From Chthoniobacteraceae bacterium (GTDB lineage: Bacteria > Verrucomicrobiota > Verrucomicrobiia > Chthoniobacterales > Chthoniobacteraceae): DNA of 52,060 bases. Position 1 is the first letter of the stretch; every line of letters starts with the position of its first letter. The notes beneath the pieces were generated by a model, which was given only the letters and a program-made list of their open reading frames with translations, had not been told where the DNA came from and made no database searches. Positions 17,914 through 28,500 of this stretch are shown here, piece by piece. The stretch covers positions 1-52,060 of the forward strand of contig JBEBGD010000031.1 in assembly GCA_040081625.1 (NCBI GenBank), in the 5' to 3' direction. A program made the translations under genes and the position numbers.

Positions 17914-18681
17914 ATGAACCACGCGTCGTCCTACTCCGATTTGAAGCCCGACTACGATCGCGACGGCTACGTCGTCGCGCGCGAGTTTCTGCCGCCGGAT
18001 CAGTTCACCGAACTGACCCAACACCTCGACCGCTACATCCACGAAGTCGCGCCTCGCGTGCCGCCGACGGATGCCTTCTACGACATCGACAAGTCGCACC
18101 CGGAATCGCTGCGGCAGCTTCACCGGATGAACCAGGATGCATTCTTCGAGGCGTATCGACGGGACCCGGCGTGGACCGCGCTCGCGGAGGCGCTCATCGG
18201 CGAGCCGGTCGAGGCGGCGGAGCCGGAGTGGTTCAACAAGCCGCCCCTCTCGGAGAAAGGCACGCCACCGCACCAGGACAATTTCTATTTCTGCCTGCGC
18301 CCCTGCAACATCGTCACCATCTGGCTCGCGCTCGATGCGGTGGATAATGAAAACGCGTGCGTGCGCTACGTGCCCGGCTCGCATCTGCTGCCCACGCGTC
18401 CGCACGCGCGCTCCGGCGTGCTCGGCTTTTCGCAGACGATCAGCGACTACGGCCCGCTCGACGCCGCGCACGAGGTGCCCGTGCATTTGCAACCCGGCGA
18501 TGCGATGGCGCATCACGGCAACACGATCCACCTCGCCGGCGCGAACCGCTCCGCCACGCGCCATCGCCGCGCGTTCGCGATGGTCTTCAAGGGCGTGACT
18601 TGTCAGCGCGACGAGGAGGCCTTCGCCCGCTACCAGGCCGCCGCTCTCGCGCAGCAAACGGCGCTCAATCCCCAGCCCTGA
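17914..18681 (+). CDS. Phytanoyl-CoA dioxygenase (PhyH) family 2OG-Fe(II) oxygenase
   Basis: YDRDGYVV, FNKPP...TPPHQDN (HxD), IWLALDAVDNENAC..YVPGSH, TIHLAGANRS...RR. Confidence 0.9.
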   Translation: MNHASSYSDLKPDYDRDGYVVAREFLPPDQFTELTQHLDRYIHEVAPRVPPTDAFYDIDKSHPESLRQLHRMNQDAFFEAYRRDPAWTALAEALIGEPVEAAEPEWFNKPPLSEKGTPPHQDNFYFCLRPCNIVTIWLALDAVDNENACVRYVPGSHLLPTRPHARSGVLGFSQTISDYGPLDAAHEVPVHLQPGDAMAHHGNTIHLAGANRSATRHRRAFAMVFKGVTCQRDEEAFARYQAAALAQQTALNPQP

Positions 18682-18813
18682 TCCGGCTTCGCCAGCATCA
18701 CTGTCTCGCGGGAGCCTCGAGACTGAAGTCGTCGTAGTTCATGTCCACCTGACTGGTCGTGAGACTCACGAGAGTCTTGTGATCGGGCGCGACACCTTCC
18801 GGCGCCTGTGCGG

Positions 18814-20082
18814 TCAAATCGCCTTCTCGTAGATGCGCTGGAAGACCTGCGGCGAATTCGGGTCGCAGATCGTGATGCCGTCCGTGCCGAAGCGCGCCGT
18901 CACCGTCGCGCCTTTGCCTTCGCTCATGTATTGGAAGTTCAGGTCGCGCACTCTCGCCGCCGCAGCCACGATGGCGCACGTGATCCGCGCTTCCTCCGCG
19001 GTCGGGTAAAGACTCGCGACGGCGTCGCGCGACTCGCCGGCGAACTTCACGCGGCACACCGCGACGAGCGCGACGGTGAGGCTGTCCACGCCGTAGCCGA
19101 CATACGCTTTTGTCCCGTCCGCGCGCAGCACGTCGCGCGTGAAGTGATTGTTCGACGTGCGTGAGCCGCCGCCCGCATTCCACCAACGGAAGCCGCGATA
19201 CTGCTGGTCGCTCTCCACCTTCCCATCCGCGCCGACGATCTCGTGGCCTTGATTCACCGGCCCCTCGAAGTCCGCGGGCGTGATCCAGTTGTTGTGGAAG
19301 TTGATCGACATCCCGTTCTCGAAATCCACGCGCACCTGCACCGCGTCGTAAGCATTGATCCCGTCGCGCACGAGCCGCTTCTTCTGCCCGACCGCCGTGA
19401 GCGAGACGGGCTTCGAGCGGTAGTAGGAAAAGATGAGATCGGTCCAGTGCGGACCGACGTAGCTGAACGGATCGCTCGACTCGACCCACTTGAACGTGCT
19501 CGTGCTCACCTCCAGCGGCTCCTCGAGATAGGCGGTGCCGTAGAGCGGCGCGCCGATGCGATTCTGGATGTCGTCGCGCACCCGCAGATGATCGGGATCA
19601 TACCGCTTGTGCATGTCCACGCCGACGACGCAGTTCTTCGCCCGCGCCGCGTCGATGATCTCATCGGCCTCGTGCGTCGAGAGGCACATCGGCTTCTCGG
19701 TGAGCACATGCACGCCACGCGCGAGCGCCGCGAGGATCGGCTCCGTGTGCAGGTGATCCGGCGTCGCCACGGCGAGCACATCGAGGTCGGGAAAGTCGCG
19801 CAGGATGTCATTCCACGGCGTCACGCCGGAGTAGGTCTTCGGCGTGTGCCCGGTCCACTCCGCAAATGCCGCCGCGGATTTCTCCGCCGACTTCTGCGAG
19901 CGCGTCGCCACCGCGACGAGATCGAACTTCACCGGCGCAAGCTCGCGCGAAAACTTGTCGAGCCCGACGCGCGCGAGCTGCCCGGCGATGCCGAAGCGCT
20001 GCAAATCGGCGTAGGCGCGAAGGTGAACGTCGCCGCCAAACATGCCGGCGCCGACGAGAGCGATCTTGATGGTGGGTTCCAT
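18814..20082 (-). CDS. Gfo/Idh/MocA family NAD(P)-dependent oxidoreductase
   Basis: IALVGAGMFG, VATPDHLH, HVLTEKPM, HKRYDP. Confidence 0.88.
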   Translation of the reverse strand: MEPTIKIALVGAGMFGGDVHLRAYADLQRFGIAGQLARVGLDKFSRELAPVKFDLVAVATRSQKSAEKSAAAFAEWTGHTPKTYSGVTPWNDILRDFPDLDVLAVATPDHLHTEPILAALARGVHVLTEKPMCLSTHEADEIIDAARAKNCVVGVDMHKRYDPDHLRVRDDIQNRIGAPLYGTAYLEEPLEVSTSTFKWVESSDPFSYVGPHWTDLIFSYYRSKPVSLTAVGQKKRLVRDGINAYDAVQVRVDFENGMSINFHNNWITPADFEGPVNQGHEIVGADGKVESDQQYRGFRWWNAGGGSRTSNNHFTRDVLRADGTKAYVGYGVDSLTVALVAVCRVKFAGESRDAVASLYPTAEEARITCAIVAAAARVRDLNFQYMSEGKGATVTARFGTDGITICDPNSPQVFQRIYEKAI

Positions 20083-20163
20083 AGAGCGCGTCTTGTATCA
20101 CCCCGGGCTTGTGAAAGCCCCGCGATTTGTGACTCCTTGCGATACTTTTGTGTCTGCCTCCCG

Positions 20164-21045
20164 ATGAAAGCCGTCTTTGAGAAAACTCCGCATGCGCAGT
20201 GGGAATCCTTCCACTGCGAAGTCGTGCGTGGATCAAGCTACAATGCGATGTGGCACTTTCATCCCGAGATTCAGCTCACGCTCGTGCTCGAAAGCCGCGG
20301 TCATCGCATGGTCGGCGATAACATCTCGCCGCTGCATCCCGGCGATCTCGTGCTCGTCGGCTCGAACCTCCCGCACGTGTGGCATCAGGTCCAAAGTCCA
20401 AAGTCCAAAGCCCGAAGTCCAAAGTCGCAAGTGCACGCGATTGTCGTGCGGTTTCTCGATACGTTTCTCGGCGCGGAATTCATCGGCAAGCCCGAACTGG
20501 AGCCGGTGCGGCAGCTTTTACGGCGCGCGGCGCGAGGGCTGCAAGTGATCGGCCGGACGCGCGATGTCGCGGCGGCGCGAATGGAAAGCCTCGCCGGGAA
20601 CACCGGCTTGCAGCGCATCGTGGACCTGCTCGCCATCCTCGATCTGCTCGCCGGCTCGCAAGAGCTAAGGCCGCTCGCCAGTGCCGGCTTCGTGCCGACC
20701 ATCGCGCACGCGGACCAGGACCGGATGCAGCGTGTCTGCAGCTACATCAACGCGCATCTCGTCGAGACGATCGACCGCGATCGCGTCGCCGCCGAGGCGC
20801 ACCTGAGCGCGGGCGCGTTCAGCCGCTTCTTCAAGCAGCGCACGGGAAAGACCCTGCCTGAATACGTGAACGCGCTGCGCATCGGCCGCGCGTGCGAGCT
20901 GCTGGCCGAGGATCGGTGGAAGATCACCGACATCGCGATGGAGTGCGGCTTCCGGAACCTCGCTAACTTCAACCGCCACTTCCGCTCGCTGATCAAGCTC
21001 TCCCCGCGCGAATACCGCACGCGTTTTCGCGAGACGGCGTCCTAG
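20164..21045 (+). CDS. AraC family transcriptional regulator
   Basis: Cupin WHFHPEIQL...MVGD; HTH region FSRFFKQRTGKT...RIGRACELL...ITDIAMECGFRNLANFNRHF...SPREYR; divergent from the oxidoreductase. Confidence 0.92.
   Translation: MKAVFEKTPHAQWESFHCEVVRGSSYNAMWHFHPEIQLTLVLESRGHRMVGDNISPLHPGDLVLVGSNLPHVWHQVQSPKSKARSPKSQVHAIVVRFLDTFLGAEFIGKPELEPVRQLLRRAARGLQVIGRTRDVAAARMESLAGNTGLQRIVDLLAILDLLAGSQELRPLASAGFVPTIAHADQDRMQRVCSYINAHLVETIDRDRVAAEAHLSAGAFSRFFKQRTGKTLPEYVNALRIGRACELLAEDRWKITDIAMECGFRNLANFNRHFRSLIKLSPREYRTRFRETAS
20389..20430 (+). repeat. Six-unit heptamer tandem repeat (GTCCAAA consensus) inside the AraC gene
   Basis: gtccaaa gtccaaa gtccaaa gcccgaa gtccaaa gtcgcaa; 42 bp, encodes VQSPKSKARSPKSQ. 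Confidence 0.85.
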
Positions 21046-21668
21046 CTGCGCAGCGAGGAGAGAGGCGTGCTGTCGCCTTCGTAAAGCCAGCGCTCCATCG
21101 CGGCGGCGATGCCCGGCCATTCATGATCGAGCATCGCGAACCACGCGGTGTCTCGGTTGCGGCCCTTGATCATCATGTGCTGCCGGAAGATGCCCTCGAA
21201 CTTGTAGCCGAGCCGAATCGCGGCTGCGCGGCTGCGCGCGTTCTCCGTGTCGCATTTCCACTCCATGCGACGGTAGCCGAGGTCGCTGAAGCAGTGCCGC
21301 AGCAGGAGGTAGTTCGCCTCGGTGTTTGCCTTCGTGCGCTGCGCCGCGGGCGCAAACCAGATGAAGCCCAACTCCGCGACGCCGTGCTCGGGCGTGATGC
21401 GCATGAGCGTGATGCTGCCGACGCGACGCCCGCTCGCATTGTCGATCGCGGTGAAAGGAATCGCGTCCGGCAGCGCCTGTCGTTCGCGCAGCCAGTCGCG
21501 CATCGCCGCGGCATCGGCGAACGGCCCGCCGGAGACGTAACGCCACATCGCCTCGACGCTGTCGGGTTCGTGCGAGCCGAGAAAAAGTTCGTCAGCATCC
21601 GCCTCGGGATTCAGCGGCACGAGCGTGATGAACCGCCCGGTGAATGTGCGCGGCACGGGCGTGGTCAT
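21042..21668 (-). CDS. GNAT (RimJ/RimL-like) N-acetyltransferase
   Basis: ELGFIWFAPAAQRTKANTEA, LGYRRMEWKCD..N..S..AA.RLG..FEG.FRQH...KGRNRDTAWF. Confidence 0.88.
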   Translation of the reverse strand: MTTPVPRTFTGRFITLVPLNPEADADELFLGSHEPDSVEAMWRYVSGGPFADAAAMRDWLRERQALPDAIPFTAIDNASGRRVGSITLMRITPEHGVAELGFIWFAPAAQRTKANTEANYLLLRHCFSDLGYRRMEWKCDTENARSRAAAIRLGYKFEGIFRQHMMIKGRNRDTAWFAMLDHEWPGIAAAMERWLYEGDSTPLSSLRS

Positions 21669-23680
21669 GGCGTGAGCGCTTGCTGCACGCGGTGGAGGTA
21701 GTCCACGCACTCGGCGCGCGTGAGTTCGCGCTTCGCGCAGTCTTTGGCGATGAGCGTATTGCTGGCGGGAAGCTTCAGCGCGGTCAGCCATTCGTGCAGC
21801 GTGCCCCACGTCGCCTTTCCATCGCCGTCCTTCACTTCCGGCGGCTCGCGGGAGAGCCGGGTGAGCGCGGCGGCGAGTTCGCGGCGCGTCACGATTTGGT
21901 TCGGCGAAAAGAACACGCTGTCTGCGTCCGCGCGCCAGATGCCGGCGAGCGTGAGCAGGTTCGCCGCCTCGAAGTGCGCGTCGTCCGGTGAGAGGTCGTG
22001 ATAAGGCCAGAGCAGCGTCCCCGGTCCGCCAGCGCCGCGCACGAGCGTGCGCTGCACCTCGCGCACTCGCTCCGGCGACGACGCCAATTCGCGCGGCTGA
22101 ATGCCCTCGCGCAGGCAGAGCGCCGCAACCGTCCCGGACGCCGTGCCGGCGTGCATCATCTGCCCATGCAGTCGCAGCGACGACTGCACCATGCTGGTCA
22201 CGCCGATGTTCTTCGACGCTCCGAGCAGGCCGTCCATCTTCACCGGAACGAGCCCGCGCAGGGGGAACATCGCGCGGTCGGTGTGCGCGGACCAGTTGCG
22301 CGTGCCGACGTGCTTGCCGCGCCATGGCTGGCTGCGGTCGTCGTCCGCGAACACGCGGCGCGTCGGATGGAAATCCATGTTGAACTGATACCCAAACACG
22401 CCGTCGGGCACCATGAGGCGGGCCCACTTGGGCTCCTCCACTTCGGTGCGCACGTCCTGCTCGCGCAGCACGTAGAGCGCATCGAGCCGCAGTCCTTCGC
22501 GGATGTAGGGCTTCGGCGGCAGGCGATCGGCGGTGCCGTAATCGTCCGCGAGTTTCATGTATCGGAAGCTCTGCGGATAATCGCCGGCGCGATCGTGCGC
22601 CCCGGTCTGCAGGTAGTAGAGAAACTCCAGCGCGCGCTGCTTTGCGTCGGCGAAGATGATGCGTCGCTGCGCGGGCGTGAGGTCCACGATGTTCTTCCGC
22701 GCCGCGCCGGGCCCGGTCTTCTCCAAAGCGTCGGCGACGTGCTGCGGCAAAGTGGAGAGCGGATAATCGTGCGCGGGCCAGTTGAGCACGGTCGCCTCGG
22801 TGCCGGCGGGCAATTTGAAATGGTAGCGGTCCACGATGCGGCGGTGCGTATAGACGCACCAGCCGGCGAAGTTGTAGATGCCGCCGCTGCCGTCCCATTC
22901 GCGCCACGGGGGCACTTTTGCCATGTCGGAAAACGAGCGCTCGTCGTAGCGCGCGGGCTTCGGGATCGTCGCATCGCGCCCCGCTTCGCGCAGCAGGGGA
23001 CACCACGAGATCGGATTCATTTCCTGGTGCCCATCGGCCTCCAGTCTCTCCGGCGCGCTCGGCTCGCCGTAGCGCGAGCGCAGGTCCGGCCCCGCACTGT
23101 AGCTCGCGCCGCTCAACCGGATCACGTCGCCCCAGTCCGACGAATCCATCGCGAGTGTCGCGTTCACTTCGAGAGTCGCGCCCGCGTTCGAGAAGACGAC
23201 GCCTGTCACGCGATTGCCGTCCACCTTTACGCGCTCCACCTCCCACGGGCGCAGCACGCGAATCTGTGCGCTGTAAGGCGCGAGCCATTCCTCGAAGATG
23301 CGCGCGGCCGCGACGGGCTCGATGGTGTCCGTGCCGCACCAGCCATTGCCCGGTGTGGCGATGCCATAGGTCGCGCGATTGTGCGCGCGGATGCGGTCGA
23401 TGATTTCGAGAAAGGCGCCCGAGCGCGGGAAGTTCGTGCGCTTGCCGTTGACGGTTGTCCATTCGTCGAGCGGCCCGATGCCTTGCGTGCAAAACTGCCC
23501 GCCAAGCCACGCGATGTCATTCACGAGCACGATGCGCTTCACGCCGAGCCGCGCCGCCTGCACCGCCGCCGCGCAGCCGGATTCATCCGCGCCGACGATG
23601 AGCAGATCGGCGTCAATCGTCTCCCCGCGGATCGGCACGAGAGCGACTGATAGCAGAGTGGCAAGGAGGAGCGTTTTCAC
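21665..23680 (-). CDS. Secreted FAD-dependent oxidoreductase (FAD_oxidored family) with SLH-like C-terminus
   Basis: DLLIVGADESGCAAAVQAARLG...WLGGQF, PYIREGLRL, KNIGVT...SSLRLH; C-terminal PYHDLSPDDAHFEA...FSPNQIVTRRELA; start GTG 23680 or ATG 23698. Confidence 0.8.
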   Translation of the reverse strand: MKTLLLATLLSVALVPIRGETIDADLLIVGADESGCAAAVQAARLGVKRIVLVNDIAWLGGQFCTQGIGPLDEWTTVNGKRTNFPRSGAFLEIIDRIRAHNRATYGIATPGNGWCGTDTIEPVAAARIFEEWLAPYSAQIRVLRPWEVERVKVDGNRVTGVVFSNAGATLEVNATLAMDSSDWGDVIRLSGASYSAGPDLRSRYGEPSAPERLEADGHQEMNPISWCPLLREAGRDATIPKPARYDERSFSDMAKVPPWREWDGSGGIYNFAGWCVYTHRRIVDRYHFKLPAGTEATVLNWPAHDYPLSTLPQHVADALEKTGPGAARKNIVDLTPAQRRIIFADAKQRALEFLYYLQTGAHDRAGDYPQSFRYMKLADDYGTADRLPPKPYIREGLRLDALYVLREQDVRTEVEEPKWARLMVPDGVFGYQFNMDFHPTRRVFADDDRSQPWRGKHVGTRNWSAHTDRAMFPLRGLVPVKMDGLLGASKNIGVTSMVQSSLRLHGQMMHAGTASGTVAALCLREGIQPRELASSPERVREVQRTLVRGAGGPGTLLWPYHDLSPDDAHFEAANLLTLAGIWRADADSVFFSPNQIVTRRELAAALTRLSREPPEVKDGDGKATWGTLHEWLTALKLPASNTLIAKDCAKRELTRAECVDYLHRVQQALTP

Positions 23681-23728
23681 GTGCGGGCGTTCATGCACTG
23701 CCGGGTGCCGAAAGTCACGAACGCCGCG

Positions 23729-25375
23729 TCACTGCGCTGCGCGAAAGGCGCGCCAGCCGCCGAACTCGGTGATCTCCCGCGCGCCGTCGATCGCGGCGAC
23801 TTCGCAGAGAAAGCCTTTCACCGTTGCGCCGTCTTCGAGCACCACGCTGCCGATGCCCATCGGCGCGGGCACCTCGGCAACGAACTCGCCGAACGCTTCA
23901 AAGCTCATCCGCCACACTTCGGTTTCAATCCCCGGTCCGGCGAAACCCGGCGCGCGGACGAGTCCGGGTTTTGGCGGCGTGGTATTCGCAAGCGCGTAGA
24001 GCCGGTAGTCGCTTGCGGTGCGGCACGTCTTTACGAGCTGCGCGCCGCGCGACGTGAGCTGCCGATTGAGCGGCTGGCCGCTCAAGTGCGCGCCGACCAC
24101 GGAGAGATCCACGCCCGTCGCAGCGAGGTGCAGCGCTTCCTCTCGGAGGAAGGCAGCGCCGAGTTGCGCAAGCGCATCGTCATGGAAAGCCGGCGCGATG
24201 AGCGTGACACCGAGCGGCAGTCCGTCGGGGCGAAAGCCTGCCGGCACCGCGAGCGCGCAGAGGTCGAGCAGGTTCACGAAGTTCGTGTATGTGCCGAGGT
24301 TCGAGTTCAGCCGGATCGGATCGGCGAGCACTTCCTCGACGGTGTAAATCGTCGGCGTCGTCGGGAGGAGCATCGCGTCCATCTTTGTCCATTCGGCGTC
24401 CGCGAGCCGCCGCAGCCGCGCCAGCTCGTAACTCGCGCGAAAACTTTCGACGGCCGAATGTTTCGCGCCGCCCATGACAATCTGCCGCACCACCGGATGT
24501 CCCGCGTCCGGATTCGCAGCGAGAAACTCGCCGACCGCAGCCGTCCGTTCCGCCACCCACGGCCCGGCGTAGAGCAGCCGCGCGGCGTCGCGGAAAGGCG
24601 AGTAGTCGATCTCCGCGATCTCGAATCGCCGCTGTGCCTGTTCGTAGAGCGCGCGCATCCCGTCGTCGCCGAAGAACTCGAGCTGGCCCGCGCGCGGCAC
24701 GCCGATCCGGCGAAGCTCTCGCGATTCGGGTTTCCAGACGCGTGAGAACGGATCGCCCGCATCGAACTCCCGCGACGCTGCGAACACGCGATGCGCCTCG
24801 GCTACGCTCCGCGCGAAGATCGACACGCAATCCAGCGAGCGGCACGCCGGCACCACGCCGCGCGTGCTCAACACACCGCGCGTCGGTTTCAGCCCGACGA
24901 TGTTGTTGAACGCCGCAGGCACGCGTCCCGAGCCGGCCGTGTCCGTGCCGAGCGCGAAAGCGACCAGCCCCGCGGCGACCGCGACTGCCGAGCCGGAACT
25001 CGATCCGCCCGCGATGTGCGCATCGCTGAACACGCTGCGTGGAATGCCGAACGGCGAGCGCGTGCCGACAAGACCCGTTGCGAATTGATCGAGGTTCGTC
25101 TTCCCGACCGGAATCGCGCCGAGCGCTCGCAGTCGGGCAACGACCGGCGCGTCCGCGTCCGGCACGTATGAAAACTCCGGGCAGCCCGCCGTCGTCGGCC
25201 AGCCTGCGACGTCGATGTTGTCCTTCACCGCAAACGTCTGCCCGAACAGCGGGAGCGAAGCGTCCGTCGGCGCGCTCGCGAGCAATTCGTCGAGCGGCGG
25301 TCGGTGAATCCACACCGCGTCATCGCGGCGTTCGCCGATCCGGCGGTCAAGAGTGCGGAGAGAGTCTGCGTTCAT
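23729..25375 (-). CDS. atzF: Allophanate hydrolase
   Basis: Amidase signature VKDNID, GKTNLDQFATGLVGTRSP, GGSSSGS, GTDTAGSGRVPA; LYAGPWVAER; C-domain VVGAHLSGQPLN. Confidence 0.93.
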   Translation of the reverse strand: MNADSLRTLDRRIGERRDDAVWIHRPPLDELLASAPTDASLPLFGQTFAVKDNIDVAGWPTTAGCPEFSYVPDADAPVVARLRALGAIPVGKTNLDQFATGLVGTRSPFGIPRSVFSDAHIAGGSSSGSAVAVAAGLVAFALGTDTAGSGRVPAAFNNIVGLKPTRGVLSTRGVVPACRSLDCVSIFARSVAEAHRVFAASREFDAGDPFSRVWKPESRELRRIGVPRAGQLEFFGDDGMRALYEQAQRRFEIAEIDYSPFRDAARLLYAGPWVAERTAAVGEFLAANPDAGHPVVRQIVMGGAKHSAVESFRASYELARLRRLADAEWTKMDAMLLPTTPTIYTVEEVLADPIRLNSNLGTYTNFVNLLDLCALAVPAGFRPDGLPLGVTLIAPAFHDDALAQLGAAFLREEALHLAATGVDLSVVGAHLSGQPLNRQLTSRGAQLVKTCRTASDYRLYALANTTPPKPGLVRAPGFAGPGIETEVWRMSFEAFGEFVAEVPAPMGIGSVVLEDGATVKGFLCEVAAIDGAREITEFGGWRAFRAAQ

Positions 25376-25388
25376 AAACAGATGGCGC

Positions 25389-25504
25389 CTATGGAGCGCC
25401 GTCGTCCCGACGGCCACGAGACTGCCGCGTAGCGCCGATTTCCCGGAGATGGAATGACGCTTCGCGTGCTGGTTGGTGGCCGCCGGGACCGCAGCGCTCC
25501 ATAG
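25389..25504. repeat. REP/MITE-like element with ~29-bp imperfect terminal inverted repeats
   Basis: Left ctatggagcgccgtcgtcccgacggccac; reverse complement of right end ctatggagcgctgcggtcccggcggccac. Confidence 0.75.
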
Positions 25505-25505
25505 T

Positions 25506-28500
25506 TCACGCTGCCGCCTCCACCACGCAGAGCGCCTGGCCCGGCGCGACTTGCTTCCCGGGTGCGCACAGAATCTCACGCACCGTCCCGGCTTCGGCAG
25601 CCGTCACCGGGATTTCCATTTTCATCGCCTCGAGGATCACGAGCTTCTCCCCCGCGACGACGCGCGAGCCGGGCTGCACGAGCACTTGCCACACGTTCGC
25701 CGGCATCGGCGCTCGCGCGGTGAAATGTCCGTCCTGCACCGCGGCTTCGGTGATCGCGACCTCGACGGCTTCTTCGATCTCCACTTTGTCCAGACCCGCT
25801 GCACTCCACCGCTCGCGCTCCGCGTTGAAGGCCGCCTCGCGCGTTGCTTTGAAGGCCGCAGCCTCGCCATCGATCGAGCGCAGGAACTCGTGATAGTCGC
25901 GCAGCCGGAACGCCGTCTCGTCGACTCGCACTTGGTAGCGGCCTTGCGGGAAGTCTTCGCGCAGGCGCAGCAGTTCGTCGGCGCTGACTTCGTGAAAGCG
26001 AATTTGGTCGAAGAAGCGTAGCAGCCACGGCTTCGTGAAGTCGCTCGTCGCGCGCCAGCGATTCCACATCTGGATCGTGCGCCCGACGAATTGATACCCG
26101 CCCGGACCTTCCATCCCATACACGCACATGTAGGCGCCGCCGATGCCGACGGAATTTTCCGCCGTCCACGTGCGCGCAGGATTGTATTTTGTCGTCACCA
26201 GCCGATGCCGCGGATCGAGCGGCACCGCGACCGGCGCGCCGAGATACACGTCGCCGAGACCGAGCACGAGGTAGCTCGCGTCGAAGACGATTCGCTTCAC
26301 GTCGTCGATCGAGTCGAGCCCGTTGATGCGGCGGATGAACTCGATGTTGCTCGGGCACCACGGCGCATCGGGCCGCACCGTCGCGGTGTATTTCTCGATC
26401 GCGTGCCGCGTCGCGGGATCGTCCCACGACAGCGGTAGGTGAACGATGCGGGTCGGCAGTTCGAGCGTATCGAGCGGCGGTAGCGATGCCTCGCCGCGCG
26501 CAATCAGATCGAGCAATTCTTTGCGCCCCACTTTCCGCGCGTCGTAGTGAACCTGCAGCGAGCGCATGCCGGGCGTGAGATCGATCAAGCCGGGCACGTG
26601 CTGCTGCTCCAGCCACGTCATCAGCGCGTGGACGCGGAAGCGCAGCTCGAAGTCGAGGACGTTGGGCCCGAACTCGACGAGCACGTAGTCGTCGCCCTGC
26701 GGACGGAAGACCATCCCGGGCAAACCATCGCGCGCCGGATCGCGCCGCAGCGCGGCATCGTCGGGAATCGCGATCGGCGATGCTGTGCCGTGAGATTGCG
26801 CGGCGAGTTGTGCGATCTCGGTGTCCTGATTCCGGCGCAATTCCGCCGACGACTCCGCGCTCAACGCGACGAAACGCACGGTGTCGCCGGACTTGAGCTG
26901 GCCGGCCTTCCACAGTTCCGCCTGCACGATCACCGCCGGACATACGAAGCCCCCGAGGCTTGGTCCATCCGGTCCGAGGATGATCGGCATGTCGCCGGTA
27001 AAATCGATCGCGCCGATCGCGTAAGCGTTGTCGTGGATGTTCGACGGATGCAGCCCCGCCTCGCCGCCGTCGCGCCGCGCCCACTGCGGCTTGGGTCCGA
27101 CTAGCCGCACGCCCGTGCGCGCGGAGTTGAAATGGACCTTCCATTCGGTCGCGAAGAACTGCTCGATGTCCTCGCGCGTGAAGAAGTCCGGCGCACCGTG
27201 AGGACCGTAGAGCACGCCGATTTCCCACTCATGGGTGAGACGCGGCTCGAGTTCGAGCGGCAGGCTTGGGCCTTCGATCTCCGGCGCGTCAGGATTGCGC
27301 AGCTTGAGCACGTCTCCCACGCGCAGCGCGCGCCCTGCATGACCGCCGAACTGCCCGAGCGTGAACGTCGAGCGTGAGCCGAGAATCTTCGGCAGATCGA
27401 AGCCGCCGCGCACGGTGAGGTAAGTGCGCGCGCCCGGCCCATTCACCGCGCCGATCGCGAGCGTCTGCCCCGCATGCACATTCACCGGCTGCCAATACGG
27501 CACAGCCTGCCCGTCGAGCTTCGCGCTCATTTCCGCACCAGTGAGGCAGATCGTGGTCGTCACGTTGAAGCGCAGCGTCGCGCCCGTCATCGTCATCTCG
27601 AGTCCTGCGGCGCCTTCGAGATTGTTGAGCAACCGATTCCCGAGGCGGAACGAGAGCGAATCCATCGGTCCGCTCGGCGGCACGCCCACGGCCCAATAGC
27701 CGAGCCGACCGGGAAAATCCTGCACGGTTGTCATCGTGCCGCCGTCGAGCACTTCGATCGTCCGCGCGCGATACGGGAAGTCGCGCAGAAACGCGGTGAA
27801 CACGTCGCCCCGGCGGAACGACTCGCTCGCGATCACTTGTTGAAGGTAGTCGCGATTCGTCTCGATGCCTTCGATGCGTGTGGCGGCGAGCGCGTCGCCG
27901 AGCTTTGCGATCGCCGCCTCTCGCGTCTCGGCGTGAACCATCAGCTTCGCGATGAGGGGATCGTAGAATGGCGACACTTCGGTCCCCGGTTCGATCCAGT
28001 GGTCGCAGCGCGCGCCTTCGGGAAAGACAACTTCGGTGAGCAGCCCGGAGCTGGGCTGAAAGTTCTTGCCCGGGTCTTCAGCGTAGATGCGGACCTGGAT
28101 TGCGCTGCCGCTCGGCGTTGGCGCGACGAACTCGGGCGGTTCGCCCGCGGCGACGCGCAGCATCCACTCGACGAGATCGAGCCCCGTCACCATCTCGGTC
28201 ACGCCGTGCTCGACTTGCAGGCGCGTGTTCACCTCGAGGAAGTAGAACGCGCCCGCCTGCACATCGAAGACGAACTCGACGGTGCCTGCCGAGCGGTAGC
28301 CGACCTCGCGTCCGAGCTTCACCGCCGCGTCGCACAACGCGGTGCGCTGTTCGTCGCTAAGGCCGGGCGCGGGCGTCTCCTCGATCACCTTCTGGTTTCG
28401 CCGTTGCGTCGAGCAGTCGCGTTCGCCGAGTGCGATCACGTTGCCGCGGCCATCGCCGAAGATCTGCACTTCGACGTGCCGCGCGATGGTCACGAATTTT

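Noticed and set aside
21042..23510. Apparent 822-aa GNAT fusion
   Set aside because: The upstream part is an off-frame overlap with the FAD oxidoreductase; the real GNAT starts at 21668
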